NCBI GenBank assembly: GCA_964234715.1
Contig: OZ174287.1
Source of the DNA: Podarcis melisellensis
Taxonomy: Eukaryota
Strand: one strand, 5' to 3'
DNA length: 64,000 bases
The translations under genes were made by a program, and so were the position numbers. Shown here piece after piece: positions 1 to 13,700 of this stretch (position 1 is its first letter; each line of letters begins with the position of its first letter). A model generated the notes under the pieces. The model did not search any database. It was not told where the DNA came from and saw only the letters and a list, made by a program, of their open reading frames with translations.

Positions 1-329
1 AGCACAATATAACATATAAGACTTTGAAGCCAGGTGATCAGTGAGTGAAAAGTCCAGACTCACTGGAACAAACTCTGGGGTTGGGGCAAATGTTGAAAAT
101 GCTTTTAAATTTTTAATTTTTAATCTGTGGTGTTTAAAATTTGGTTTTTTTGTTTTGTTTTTGCTCTGTCTGGGGGGAGGGAAATAAATGTTTAGTTGTG
201 CCTGGGAATTAGTTGAACTTTAGTATAATTATAAATTGTTTGTTGTTGTTGTTGTTATTGCTTTCTACTGCTTTATTGGTTCATTGTATAGTTTGTATTC
301 TTTTCTGAAGGGGAGAGGGTCAGGGCTGT

Positions 330-3282
330 CTGGGAGTGGGCCCCAGTCAACAGAATGGCTGGGGTGCACTTGGACACCTGATCTCAGTGATCATGGGTAG
401 GAGGAGGAGTTACGCTAAGACCAGACCATGTCACTAACGAGGAGGCAGGTTTAGTTGTTGTTTGAAGACTATCCCTGCCTCTGGGTCTGGTCTTGACCAC
501 AAGGATACTGGAATCAACAAGGGAGACCCACATTATCTGAAGGTGCTGCTGTGCAGCAGTGCCAGGTCAATGATTCACAAGACCACTGAGATCCACGACA
601 GGATGGAGGACTTGACCTGGCATGTGTAACAGAGACTTGGCTGGATGAAGAAGATGGGCCTGTCCTTGGCACTGCTTGTCTACCAGGTTTCTCTTACACA
701 CAGCAACCCAGCTCATATGGGCGGGGAGGCGAGGTTGCAGTGAGTTTTAGGAAGTCAATAGCTTGCACCAGGCGTCCTATTGGGAAGACCCAGTTTTCTG
801 AGCATGTGTTCTGGAAGTTGGACAACAGGGGCAGTACAGGATTCCTTTTGGTGTACTGACCTCCCCGCTGTACCAAGGATTCCCTGCCTGAGCTGCTTCA
901 GGTCATGGCGGATGTTCTCCTGGAGACACCTAGTTTGGTTGTCCTAGGGGATTTAACATCCATGCTGACACGACCTTACAAGGCACTGCTTGGGACTTCA
1001 TGGGAAAGCATGACCTCCATGGGGATGTCCCTGAATGAATTTTGCCAACTCATTGTTGCGGACATGCCTTAGACCTGGAGTTCACCTCTATGGATGTGGG
1101 TGATCTGACACTAAGTAAAAGCAAAACAAAAGAAGTGCCATGGTCAGATCACATCCTGGTGCCGCAACCCTTTCCCTCTGTAGGGAGGTGGGACTGATTT
1201 GGATCCCCCCCCACTTAATGAATTCAAATGGTTTCCAGAGTGTAGTAGGGGATGTTTTATCTCATGTTGATGGCCTTTCAGCTGATTCCCCAGTGGCCTG
1301 CTGGAATGCGGAGTTAACCAGAGCTATCGACTGTCTGGCTCCAAAGCGCTCTCTCCAGCTGCATGGAGCCTGGCAGCCTCATGGTTTTCCCCAGAGCTGA
1401 GGGTGATGAAACAATCACCGAGGTGGCAATAGCGCCGGTGGTGGAAATCAGACCAGAAATGGGTTAGAGCTCAACGTTGACCCTACCAAGTGGCAATAGC
1501 GACGGTGAAGAGGTCCTTCTTTACTGCCTCTATTGCATCTGCAGAAAACAGCAGCAGGAGACTCTTTCAGGTGGTTCACAATCTAACAGAACCACCTTCA
1601 CCATTGGGGCCTGGTAAGGACCCCAAGATCTCCTGCAATGATTTTGAATTTTTTTTGCAGGCAAAGCCACTCAGATTTGGAAAGAGGTAGACACCATCAT
1701 GGGAGCAGGGCTGGGGCAGGAGAGTGCTAGAGTCCTGTCTATTCCAGCTGCATGGGATCAGTTCCAATCTGTTACCTGCGAGGATGTGGACAGGCTGCTT
1801 GGATGAGTGAAACTGACCACCTGTCTCCTCGATCCTTGCCCATCCTGGCTCATAAAAGTGAGCCGGGAAGGGCAGGGTGATGGGCTCCGGGGGATAGTGA
1901 ATGCTTAGTCAGCTGAAGCTGAAGCTGAAGCCTTAGGTCAGGGGTCAGCAAACTTTTTCAGCAGGGGGCCGGTCCACCGTCCCTCAGACCTTGTGAGGGG
2001 GCGCACTATATTTTTTGGGAATGCTTCCCTCTGTGAGCAAGCTTTCCCAGAACCGCTGAAAGAGGCAGTTATTAAACCGCGTCTTAAAAAACATCTTTGG
2101 ACATGGCCAATATGGACAACTATCACCCAGTCTCCATTCTTGGGCAAAGTGACTGAGCAGGTGGTTGCTTAACAACTCCAAGCACGCCTGGAGGATGCGG
2201 ACCATTTGGATCCCTTCCAATTGGGATTCAGGCCTCATCATGGGACTGAAACTGCCTTGGTCACACTGGTCAATGATCTCTGGTGGGCTAGGGACAAAGG
2301 TGAAAGCTGTTTCCTAGTTCTGCTGGATCTCTCAGTGGCCTTTGATACCATCCACCATGACATCCTTCTGGACTGTCTAGAGGTGCTAGGAGCTGGGGGC
2401 ACTGTTATATAGTGGTTCTGCTCCTTCCTCCTGGGCCATGTTCAGAAAGTGTGGGGGGGATGAGTGTTCCGACCCCTGGGCTCTCACTTGTGGGGTGCCT
2501 CAGGGTTCTGTCCTCTCCCCCATGCTTTTCAACATCTACATGCAGCCGCTGGGAGAGATCATCAGCAGGTTTGGGCTGGGTATTCATCAGTATGCGGATG
2601 ATACCCAGCTCTACCTCTCTTTCAAATCAGAACCAGTGAAGGTGGTGAAGGTCCATTTTGAGTGTCTGGAGGCAGTTGGAGGATGGATGGCAGCTAACAG
2701 ATTGAGGCTGAATCCTGACAAGACAGAAGTACTGTTTTGGGGGGACAGGGGGATGGCAGGTGTGGAGGACTCTCTGGTTCTGAATGGGGTAACTGTGCAC
2801 CTGAAGGACCAGATGTGCAGCCTGGGACTCATTTTAGACTCACAGCTGTCCGTGGAGGCACAGGCCAATTCTGTGTTCAGGGCAGCTGCCTACCAGCTCC
2901 ATCTGGTATGCAGGCTGACACCCTACCGGCCTGCAGACTGTCTCGCCAGAGTGGTGCATGCTCTAGTTATCTCCCGCTTGGACTACTGCAATGAGCTCTG
3001 TGTGGGGCTACCTTTGAAGGTGAGCCAGAAACTACAACTAATCCAGAATGTGGCAGTTAGACTGATGACTGGGAGTGGCTGCAGAGACCATATAACCCTG
3101 GTCCTGAAAGACACACATTGGCTCCCACTATGTTTCTGAGCACAATTCAAAGTGTTGGTGCTGATCTTGAAGGCCCTCAATGGACTCAGCCCAGTATACC
3201 TGAAGGAGTGTCTCCACCCCCATTGTTCAACCTGGGCACAGAGGTCCAGCTCTGAGGGCCTTCTGGTGGTTCCCTCACTATT
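330..3282 (+). mobile_element. Degenerate L2/CR1-group LINE (endonuclease + reverse transcriptase), 3' tail missing; lies in the last intron of CTL-A
   Basis: Endonuclease-like remnants near 535-1100 (LKVLLC..., ACVTETWL). RT motifs in ORFs 2206-2412 (QLGFRPHHGTETAL, LLDLSVAFDTI) and 2438-3139 ([18 protein letters not shown]). Many stops and frameshifts. The 5' boundary is approximate. Confidence 0.9.
1907..2026. mobile_element. Short insertion in the LINE containing a hAT-like MITE end (CAGGGGTCAGCAAACT)
   Basis: Flanked by the 8-bp direct repeat GAATGCTT (1899-1906 and 2019-2026). Removing it restores the LINE reading (GIVNASLCE). Confidence 0.6.
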
Positions 3283-3392
3283 ATTAAAGCCTGAATCCAT
3301 TTTATTACCCTACACATTGGGGAAAGGAATAATAGGCAATAAGAAGTAACTTTCCTTATTTCTTGAATTATATTTTTTGTTTTGAATTTCAG

Positions 3393-3454
3393 GTTTTAAG
3401 AAGTGGAATGATGTAATATGCAACAACAAGTACGCCTTCATCTGCAAGCAATAA
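3393..3454 (+). CDS. C-type lectin gene A, terminal coding exon (upstream exons lie before the window)
   Basis: Acceptor tttcag|, then (G)FKKWNDVICNNKYAFICKQ* with the WND motif. AATAAA at 3625-3630. Homologous to the last exons of B, C and D. Confidence 0.88.
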
Positions 3455-4592
3455 CTTTAAAGGAGACTTCCCTTCTCCACTGTGTTGGCTGGGAAGCTGC
3501 CTTGACATTATATGTATTTCTGCTCTCTCTCATCACTTTCAAAATAGCCATTGCTATAGAGATGCCTCTTCAATTTCCCCCTTCCCTTTGAAATTTTCTT
3601 GGACCTGCAGCAGAACATCATCTTAATAAATTCTCTTCCATGCATATTTTCCTTATTGCATTGCTGTTCTGCTTTGTCCATCCATACTTACAAGCACGGC
3701 CATCCCACCCATGAGGCAAGGTGAAGTTCTTGCCTCAGACGGCAAGCTGGGATGCGTAGTAGATTGGCCTCCTGCTCTTGTTGACTGTCTCCTCCGTCTC
3801 CACCAGCCTGCCCTGCTTGCGTCCACATTCCCTCCTATAATGCATAGATGATAGGAGAGACCTGTCCCTGTTACATGGGTGCATTATGTATGTGCCCTGA
3901 GAGAATGGCGAAGAGAATGATGATGAGGGCATTGGCACTGGAAGGCCTTTTCTGGGTGAGTGCCAGCTGCCCACAAGTGGGGACCTGGGGGTGAGTGACA
4001 GGGGTGTCATGTGAGCTGGAATCGCATGGGGTGGCAGGAGCTGAAGTCCCAGGAGGAGAGAAGGTTATCCTGGCTCTGCCTTTACCTCTTCCACAAGCCC
4101 AAGTGCTCAATCCCTTCCTGAAGCCATTTACTAGGTACTGGAGTCAGGAACATTGGCATGTTGCTGTTAGTTAGGATAAGCCTGACTTTCAGCATAGCTG
4201 ACAAGAAAGGCTGCAGAGGATTGGTTCCTCCTTTGCAAGGTGTGTAGTTCTTGGGCAGGCAGGTGAAGCAGGAAAGAACAGCATGCCCTACCACGTAAAG
4301 GAGCCCCATTGTCTTTTAGACTTCTTCACTATGATTACCTTGGGGTTGCAATTTTCTCATTTGCTTCAGTTGCCAGGATGCCTTGGGCTGGCCTGCCTTA
4401 GGGACACTTCTTCTACCATCACCGCTGCTCACAACACAGAGAGCATTCATACCTCAAAGTAGCTACAAATTCCCATCCTAAAGCACACTCCTTTTCTCAG
4501 AGCTCCTCAGCACGGTTTATACTATAACCAGAATTGTGGAAGCCATAAAGTGAGGATAGGAAAAATTACAGGAGATCCCCGCAGCATGTGAC

Positions 4593-4992
4593 TGTTGGGA
4601 TACGTCTGGGGAGACGGGGGCGATTGGTGGGCCCCCAGCTGGCTCTAGCCCACCGGCCAACAGCCGGGCGAACTCCGGTTCTTGGAACAGCATCAAAACT
4701 GTGAACCAAGCCTCAGAGACCTTTAGAGACTGAGCATGCAAGCTAGCAGAGATAAGAACTCTTTGCAACAGAAGTAGTGGATAGAGGCATATGTAAGCAT
4801 ATTTACAAGCATTTATTCAGCATCAGGACAAAGGAAAAAACATGTCTGCTTCCCTTTGTGTCCAAGCAAATGGCACAGGCAAAAGCTATATAACGGAAGT
4901 TGCCAGCAGACTGTGCTGGAAGTAAACAGACATGTGACATACAACAACTCTACATGCCTGTTCTAAAGGTGGAATGAAACTATATCCTAGCA
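4593..4992 (-). mobile_element. Solo LTR (400 bp)
   Basis: TG...CA termini with imperfect inverted ends (tgttgggata / tatcctagca). 5-bp TSD GTGAC at 4588-4592 and 4993-4997. TATA-like and AATAAA signals on the - strand. Confidence 0.8.
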
Positions 4993-7029
4993 GTGACCTC
5001 TGACAAGGCCTGGGATGCTGCATTGTTCATTTGACCAGCCCCAGCAAAAGCTGCCTAGATCTTCCAGTGCAGCCTGGGATAGAAAAAAACATTTTGCCAA
5101 TCACGATAAACAGAAAATTACAGCCCATGTGTTTAAGTAAGAATTTTAACTTGCTGCACCTGTGAGATGTTTGATGGCTTTATGGTTGTATTTCTGATTC
5201 ATTTTATATTTTGTGTTTTGTGCAATGGCTACGGTATATCAATAAGCAACAGCCCCGTGGTGACAAGCAGACATGGCAAATGGGGTGGGGCATAGGCGTT
5301 TCACAAATGGTTTTCTCAGTAGGAAGAAAGCCTCGATCTTTCAAGCAAGGTAATTCTGAGTAGCCACCCAATTGCCTTTTATACTGTAAAGGCAGTACTG
5401 TATACGGTACTTGGGGAGTGATTGACATAATGTTGAAGGAGAGGAAAGTGCTTTAACAAACATATCTCAGTACTGAAGCAGACTTTTGTCCTTTGCCTGA
5501 TGTCAGGGCTAGCAGCATATATCACCAGCTTCCCCTGTTCCTTTTCTGCTGCTCTGGGAGGCTCCTCTCCAGAGTCCCAGGTTCCCTCCTCTGATTGCTT
5601 AGCAGCAGCAATTATGTGATTAAGGATCCTTAGCAATGATGCTGCCTGTCAAAGGCTCAGATGGTTGCCTCTATGTTCCTTTTATCCCCCCCTGCCTGGT
5701 GACCCTGTTTGTACTATTTAATTCCTTTGAATGTATTAAGAGCTGTAACTCAACCAGAATGGTACGGATTGCTGTCTTATAGTGGTGACGTTGTACCAGG
5801 ATTCATGCCTGCAAGCATTCCAGATTCTGAGCTTTTCTCTCCCCCCCTAAAGTAAATCTCTACCTGCCAAGAAGGAAATCTAGCAGTTTCTCAGACAGAC
5901 AACTAGCATGCCAACAATTTGTAACTATTTTTAGGTTTGACTGCAGTGAGCAGCACTGCTGGGGGCAGAGTCCCTTAGGTGCTGTGCTCCTCATTCCCTA
6001 TGACCACCACCTAAACTTGATTTGGTGCTCTTGGACCTTTGAGTTGCAAAGATGGATGGACTGAGAAGGTCATAGTCACGGGTTGCCGCAAATGGCTGCA
6101 GAGAGCGAGCCTGGAAGGCTCAATTGTTGAGAGGGGCTAGGGGGAAACACAAGGGTGCTGTGCACCCCTAAAGAAAGCTCAAAAGGGACTTTTGGGTGCA
6201 GGGCTTTGGCAGCGCTGAATTGCGAGCTCCCCTGATAATCCCACCACTCTGAAAGGGGAGGTGGGGGGAAAGGCAGGGTTAAGCCAAAGGGCAATAATCC
6301 ATTGCTAACCCCTCCCCCCAACGAGAAGCCTCAGGCTCCGGCTGTAAAGTGGTAACGTCTGTTGAGGGAGGGGGCCCAACCCATTTGCCGTCTTGCCCTG
6401 AGCCCCCTAGTCCCACTTCACCTCACCAGGAAGCGAGCTTTGCTCAACACTTGCTGGATCCAGGGATTAGAGGGGTCTGGCACCCCGCTCCCAACTCATA
6501 ACATTACTATGTCAAATTGACCTTTGCACCAACTATTTCTTAACAACTATTTCTTAACAAATGCAACTATTTCTTAACAAGGGTGACTTGGCTATAGGGG
6601 GGGGGGAATAGGCATTAGAAACCATGCTTTGGGTTTGCACAACTTGCACAAAGCGCTACAGTTGGTCAAGTTCCTTCTTTTGCAGAACAGTTACATTTGC
6701 AGGATCCCTATCACCTTTTGCACCAGGTCATACTTATTATCTACTTGCAAATTTATTCCACCTCTTTCCTTCTGATTTTATGTGCCTTTCTGCCAGGGGT
6801 GCCAGCTTGGGGGTGGGGCTGAGCTCTTTGGGCGCCCCAAACGATTTTTTTTGGCTGGGGCGGAGCTCCCATAATATTCAGGGGACAGAGGAGGCTGGGC
6901 ACCAAGCCGCAGTTCCCATGGCTGGTTTCTCCTCCTCCCCCCCCCCCCGGATGTTCCTCTTTTCTTGTGTATTATTTTTATTAATTTTTTCTATTTTACA
7001 ATTTAGTATATTCATTTAAACAACCTTTC

Positions 7030-8239
7030 CTAGTTTCCTAGTTCTGCTGGATCTCTCAGCAGCCTTTGACACCATCGACCATAACATCCTTCTGGACTGT
7101 CTATAGGCGCTGGGAGCTGGGGGCACTGTTATACAGTGGTTCTGCTCCTTCCTCCTGGGCCGTGTCCAGAAAGTGGTGTTGGGGGATGAGTGTTCAGACC
7201 CCTGGGCTCTCACTTGTGGGGTGCATCAGGGTTCCGTCCTCTCCCCCATGCTTTTTAATATCTATATGAAGCCACTGGGAGAGATCATCAGGGGGTTTGG
7301 GCTGGCTGTTCATCAGTATGCAGAATACACCCAGCAATACCTCTCCTTTAAATCAGAACCAGTGAAGGCGGTGAAGGTCCTGTGTGAGTGCCTGGAGGTG
7401 GTTGGAGGATGGATGGCGACTAACAGATTGAGGTTGAGTCCTGACAAGACTGAAGTACTGTTTTTGGGGGACAGGGGGCGGGTGGGTGTGGGGGACTCCC
7501 TGGTCCTGAATGGGGTAACTGTGCCCCTGAAGGACCAGGTGCGCAGCCTGGGAGTCATTTTGGACTTACAGCTGTCCATGGAGGCGCAGGTTAATTCTGT
7601 GTCCAGGGCAGCTGTCTACCAGCTCCATCTGGTATGCAGTCTGAGACCCTACCTGCTTGTGGACAGTCTTGCCAGAGTGGTGCATGCTCCAGTTATCTCC
7701 CGCTTGGACTACTGCAATGCGCTCTACGTTTGAAGGTGATCCAGAAACTGCAATTAATCCAGAATGCGGCAGCTAGACTGGTGACCTGGAGTGGCCGCCA
7801 GGACCACATAATACTGGTCCTGAGTGATCTGCATTGGCTTCCAGTACGTTTCCGAGCACAATTCAAAGTGTTGGTGCTGACCTTTAAAGCCCTAATCGGC
7901 CTTGGTCCTGTATACCTGAAGGAGTGTCTCCACCCCCATCATTTACCCCGGAACCTGAGGTCCAGCACGGAGGGCCTTCTGGCGGTTCCCTCATTGCGAG
8001 AAGTGAGGTTATAGGCAACCAGACAGAGGGCCTTCTCGGTAGTGGTGCCCGCCCTGTGGAATGTCCTCCCTTCACCTGTGAAGGAAATAAGCAGCTATCT
8101 TCTTTTTAAAAGACATCTGAAGGCAGCCCTGTTTAGGGAAGTTTTTAATATTTAATGCTGTATTGTTTTTAACACTTGATTGGAAGCAGCCCAGAGTGGC
8201 TGGGGAAACTCAGGCAGATGGGCGGGCTATAAATAATAA

Positions 8240-8281
<42 letters not shown>
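7030..8281 (+). mobile_element. 5'-truncated L2-group LINE with (TTA)n tail, nested in an older L1 3' end
   Basis: RT ORFs 7173-7733 and 7634-8014 are similar to the element at 2300-3280. Ends gggcgggctataaataataaa(tta)n. Confidence 0.9.
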
Positions 8282-8284
<3 letters not shown>

Positions 8285-8600
8285 CTGAAAATGTCAATGA
8301 CTTCCCTTCTCTTTCCATGGTTCATTTTGCATATTACAAATCCCTGCATATTTTACATAAACTAAACCATTCAGTATTCCATTATGACATCCATCAAAAC
8401 TTGTTTACACTGTTGAATTTATCTGAATGCTGCCAACGCTTTCAAGTGCACAGAATTCTCCACCATACATTCAAGAAACATTTACCAATCTTCTTGTTCT
8501 CTTATTTGATAGGTTAGGTCTGCAAGCTGCACATATTCCATCAGTTTAAGTTGCCATTCTTCTTTAGTTGGGACCTCGCTCGTTTTCCAGCCCCTGGCTC
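8282..8600 (-). mobile_element. L1/Tx1-like LINE 3' fragment (continues at about 6962-7026 on the other side of the L2)
   Basis: Minus-strand translation WKTSEVPTKEEWQLKLMEYVQLADLT matches the ORF2 C-terminus of the L1 at 43550-44227. Confidence 0.75.
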
Positions 8601-9334
8601 CTCCTCTTGGCACAATGCCAAGCATCATGCAGCATGTGGGACACTCAAGACATGATGCCTGTGATATCACTTGTATGGTGTTGGGGGCAGTTGGGACCTC
8701 TTTCCGCGACAGCCACAGGAAGAGGAGGAGAAGAAGCCAGGGTTCAGGACACTTGGCCAAGTGATGTCACAAATACACAAACACCAACTATTGCAGGCAT
8801 AGTAGCAGGCATAGAGGGTCCCAATTTTCCTCTGGACTTCAGTGCATGCACAGAGAAGAGAGACACCTTCCCTTTCCACTGCGGTCTCAACAGAAGTTGT
8901 TCTGCGAGAGCTGCTGTGACTCCTAGAATGGTAGCCAATGAGAGTGGGGAGCAATGATAGATTTCCCTCTGGGGTAATAGTTGTTTGGTGGGGTGATGTG
9001 GGGCAGGGAGAGCAGAGCTTAATCAGGGCTAGACCAAGGGACAAAACTTTGCATCCAGTTACTACAGGGGCCTGCCATGCTGGTGTTGTACAACACAGCT
9101 AATGTGGGTGGGTCAGGGTCATGGCAAGTTTGTGGCTATCTGAATGCAGCAGCAGAGGGGACATGGCATTAGGACAAGAATATTAGCAATTGCTCTGAAT
9201 AGTCACGCAATCAAAATGTCTGTGGTTTTCAGTGGAATTTGAAACCTGCCTTTTCTCACTTGAACTGTACTCCATATATGGAAAAGTGGTTTATCTTTCT
9301 TCCCTCTTTTCCATGCCCTTCCCTGGCCAAGTTC

Positions 9335-9425
9335 TATATAAGAATGGGCACCACAGCCTGAAAACCCAACTTGCCACGGCAGAAAGCAGCATCCATCACC
9401 TCAACGGGACGGAGCTTCGGTAAGT
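9335..9425 (+). promoter_or_regulatory. CTL-B TATA box and non-coding exon 1
   Basis: TATATAAG at 9335-9342, then an ATCCATCACCTCAAC exon core and donor G|GTAAGT at 9420. The same module occurs upstream of CTL-C and CTL-D. Confidence 0.75.
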
Positions 9426-9749
9426 TGGAGGTCGGGATGGGTGAATCTGACAGCTTTGGTCTCTTGCAGTCTTCCACATCAGTAGGCATTTTTAAAATTT
9501 TTAAAAATTAGCATTTTAGTAAATTTCTACTAATTGACACATTTCTGCGAACATTTCTCCTTTGTATAATGCATTTTATATGCTGTTTTTGATATCCATA
9601 TGCATTTCTACACACTGTATCCTAGTCCTTGCATTTCCCTTCACATTACTTGGCTGCTGAACTGCACTGCCAATCTGGAGAAATACATGCAAATCAGGTG
9701 GATTTCCCTTTATATGCAAAGTGGAACGCATTTCCCCTACGTTCCTAGT

Positions 9750-10373
9750 TGAAGGTGGCCACCACCTCTCTTCTGACATTGTGGCTGCTGTTTCATACTT
9801 AGAGGAACTGAAACCAGATTTTTCACATATAAGGAAGCTCAGCCTTTGAGAAAATAGGAGCCTATCGGCACTCCTTAGATGCTAGAAGTCATGGTGATTT
9901 GTTCCATGAATATTTCCTCAAAATCATGCAGCAGTTGTCTTCATAAAGATGACTCAGCTAGCCATAGTCCATTATTTTGTCTCTAGAGTGTCCTAAGGAA
10001 ACACTACAGAGGAAGAGTGCATGTTCTGGAAGCTGAGCAATAGAGGCAGTACAGGATTTCTTTTGGTGTACCAACCTCCCTACTGTACCAAGGATTCCCT
10101 GCCTGAGCTGCTTAGTGAAGGTGGCCACCAACTCTGTTCTGACATCGTGGCTGCTGTTTCACACTTAGAGTAATGGAAATCAGATTTTTCACATATAAGG
10201 AAGCTCAGCCTTTGAGTCTAGTGGCACTCCTTAGATGCTAGAAGTCATGGCGATTTGTTCCATGAATATTTCCTCAAAATCATGCAGCAGTTGTCTTCAT
10301 AGAGATGACTCAGCCAGCCATAGTCCATCATTTTGTCACTAGAGTGTCCTAAGGAAACACTACAGAGGAAGAG
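9750..10373 (+). repeat. About 265-bp direct duplication separated by about 98 bp of L2-derived filler (CTL-B intron 1)
   Basis: 9750-10017 resembles 10117-10373. The filler 10018-10115 matches the L2 endonuclease region at about 802-899. Confidence 0.85.
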
Positions 10374-10748
10374 AACTCTGCAGGTAAGAGGATGGGAACA
10401 AAACTAGCATTGGTTGGCTCTTCCTGTCATTGACTCTGGCTCCACCTATCATTGGTCTTCCTGCCTTCTGCCCTACCAGCCCCAATGGACAGCCGTCTCC
10501 ACTGGTCCAGAAGAGTCAGTGGTCAGCACTAGGTGCATCTGCACACTAACCTTACTTGACTCCATGATACTTCAACAATCGCCAACTTTTAAGTTTTGGG
10601 TTCTCTCTTCTTTCTCTAATCTTCCCATTTATGATTTTAAGAACAGAAAATGCTGGTTTACTTCTTCCTGCTATCACCATATTCACAATAAGTAAGGATA
10701 GGTTTTTAATTTGTTGCACATTTCCTTCCACAAAAGGTCACCCAGAAG

Positions 10749-13700
10749 ATGGGGGTTGTCACCTACCTTTGCCTTCTTGGTCTCCTGGTCTCCTATTCTT
10801 TCCCCGGAGGTGAGTGTTTTAACAATTATATGGGAATTTCCCAGAAATCTTAATAGGGGCTCAGCATTGATGTAAACAAAAGTACTTGTTAGATTTCCAA
10901 GTGATGGTGACCCAGCTAAGGCTGTCGGAATAAATAATCAGACAATTGAAGCTGGTTCATTAGAGTGAATAGGGAATTGCCCTACCAACCTCAGTCTGCC
11001 CTGAACCACTCCTCATATTCATATTGACAATCAGTCAGGGAGTGGCACTGCCTGTCATTGCCTCTGGATCCACCTTCTGTTGGTCTCCTTGCCTTCTGTC
11101 TCACCAAATCAACTGGACACTAACCACCTCTGAAAGCACAAAGGTTTAAATTACCTGTGCTTCCTCACTGGAATAAGCAAAAGTACAGGTAAAGTGAGAT
11201 TTCACATTAAAAACAGTCTTCTTACAACTTTTGTCCCACCCTCTTTTTCTTCCTTTACTCTTCTTTCCATACAGCAAGGGCCAGATACTGTCCCAGGGGT
11301 TGGCTGAGAGCGCTGGGCAACTGCTATGCATATTTTGATAGCCCAAAGTCATGGTCCGAAGCTGAGGTAAGAAGTTGGTTCTCACCAACCAAGCTGTAGC
11401 ATAAGATATTGTTGTGGGTTGCACATGAGATCTTTTTGAGGAGGGCTATGTATGTGAGTTGTCCTGAGACAATACCTGGCCAACATTTCAAATTGAGTTG
11501 CTCACCCAACATGTTTAATGGATGTGTTTCCATGGGAGCCATGAAGGCTTAATTAACAGTCAAGACTCCTCAAGGGTGGCAACTTAAATAAAATAAGGGG
11601 CGTGGAAGTGGCTGGTAAGCCCTGCTCTGCACAATCGATCACAAGACATGACACCCCCCCATTGGAATGGCAATGCCCATCGCCTTTGGGAACCCGCCCC
11701 CTCAAATATTTTATTGGGGGGCTAAAGGGACCTTGGCCCAAAAGAGTTGGATCCTGTGGTCAGGAGGGATGGCCTGGCCAGAAAGTATTCACTCACCGTT
11801 AGGAAGAGGCAAGTCATCTCTCTTACTGAAAAGAATACAATGGTACCTCGGGTTAAGTACTTAATTCATTTCGGGGGTCCATTCTTAGTAGAAGAAGAAG
11901 AAGAAGAAGAAGAAGAGTTTGGATTTGATATCCTGCCTTTCACTCCCTTTAAGGAGTCTCAAAGCGGCTAACATTCTCCTTTCCCTTTCTCCCCCACAAC
12001 AAACACTCTGTGAGGTGAGTGGGGCTGAGAGACTTCAAAGAAGTGTGACTAGCTCAAGGTCACCCAGCACCTGCATGTGGAGGAGCGGAGACGCGAACCC
12101 GGTTTCCCAGATTACGAGACTACCGCTCTTAATCACTACACCACACTGGCTCTCTTAACTGAAACTGTTCTTAACCTGAAGCACCACTTTAGCTAATGGG
12201 GCCTCCTGCTGCTGCTGTGCCGCCGGAGCACAATTTCTGTTCTCATCCTGAAGCAAAGTTATTAACCTGAGGTACTATTTCTGGGTTAGAGGAGTCTTTA
12301 ACCTGAAGCGTATGTAACCTGAAGTGTATGTAACCCGAGGTACCACTGTAATGGTCTGGAGTGCCAAAATGGAATGTGGTAGGTTAGTTTGTTTGGTGAT
12401 TATCTGTGTTGCAGCAGAGGTCAAGCTAATATGAATTCAACATTCCAAAGGAAATCCCTTCAGCTCAAATCTCCTTGCATACATTTAAATGCCTATTTTC
12501 CTTTTCTGAAACAATCCCAACATTCTGTATGCAAAGGCTTCTGAATTTGGAGTTGTGAGAAAACCAACTCTGGTCTCCTCCAGAGGACTTATTTCGTGAA
12601 TCCTCATCCTGATTTGTTTGCGCAAAGCTTACACAGAAGTTATGTGATAGCCATTCTTCACTGAACACTCAGTCTGATTTGCCTGAGGAGAGATTAATAT
12701 TCATTCTTTCATTCATAAATTTTACAAGACTTATACACTGTTCGGTTTTATTATATCCCAAAGTGATTTACAAAAAATAGCAATACAATAGCACTGTCAG
12801 TAACAAACAGTTAAAAACAAGTATTTGAAACATTCAGGGGAAAATAGAATCAATGAGAAGTCTAAAAACCAGTTTAAAACATACACCAACATTCTACATG
12901 TCTTGATAGGGTTGTCTAAAGAAAATGTTTTTAGAAGGTGCCGAAAAGAGTACAGGGAAGTCACGGCAACAAGCATTCATCCTAATTTTCTTTTGGGGTT
13001 TTTAGAAGTGGGCTTTTCTTTTAAAAAGTAGGTTTCTTGAGCCACAGATTGGTCAAAGATAGACAGATGGACAAACAGACGGACCACATTCCAAAACATA
13101 GAATAGATTAAGAACTTTGATATTACACATGGTTATTCACAGTTGGATAACTCCAACTGGGTGGGATATCACTTTTGAATTCTTACTTTAGTATGTTTCC
13201 GAGCACAATTCAAAGTGTTGGAGTTGACCTTTAAAGCCCTAAATGGCCTTGGCCCAGTATACCTGAAGGAGCATCTCCACCCCCATCGTTTAGCCCAGAC
13301 AGTGAGGTCCAGCTCCAAGGGCCTTCTGGCAGTTCCCTCACTGCAAGAAGTGAGGTTACAGGGCACCAGGCAGAGGGCCTTCTTGGTAGTTGTGCCCGCC
13401 CTGTGGAATGCCCTCCCATCAGATGTCAAGGAAATAAACAACTACCTGACATTTAGAAGACATCTGAAGGCAGCCCTGTTTAGGGAAGTTTTTAATGTCT
13501 GATGTTTTATCATGTTCTTAATATTTTGTTGGCTTGGGAGGTCAGGTCAGATGGGTGGATATAAGTTGTTGTTGTTGTTGTTGTCTTGTCTTGTCTTGTC
13601 TTGTTGTCTTTTTGATACATTGTGAACCACTTTGGGCACCATTTTGTGGGAAAGTGACCTACAGTTAAGCGGATGATGATAGTGGTGGCAGAAATACTTT

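Noticed and set aside
2206-3349. Reverse-transcriptase ORFs (also 7173-8014 and 42403-44227) as host genes or a retron-like system
   Set aside because: They are fragmented LINE ORF2 sequences with typical tails and TSDs in a vertebrate context.
3700-4395. Short minus-strand ORFs between MITE-like ends downstream of CTL-A
   Set aside because: No recognisable domain or splice structure; origin unresolved.
5190-6505. Possible additional LTR-like segments
   Set aside because: No convincing TG...CA termini with a matching TSD could be found by eye.
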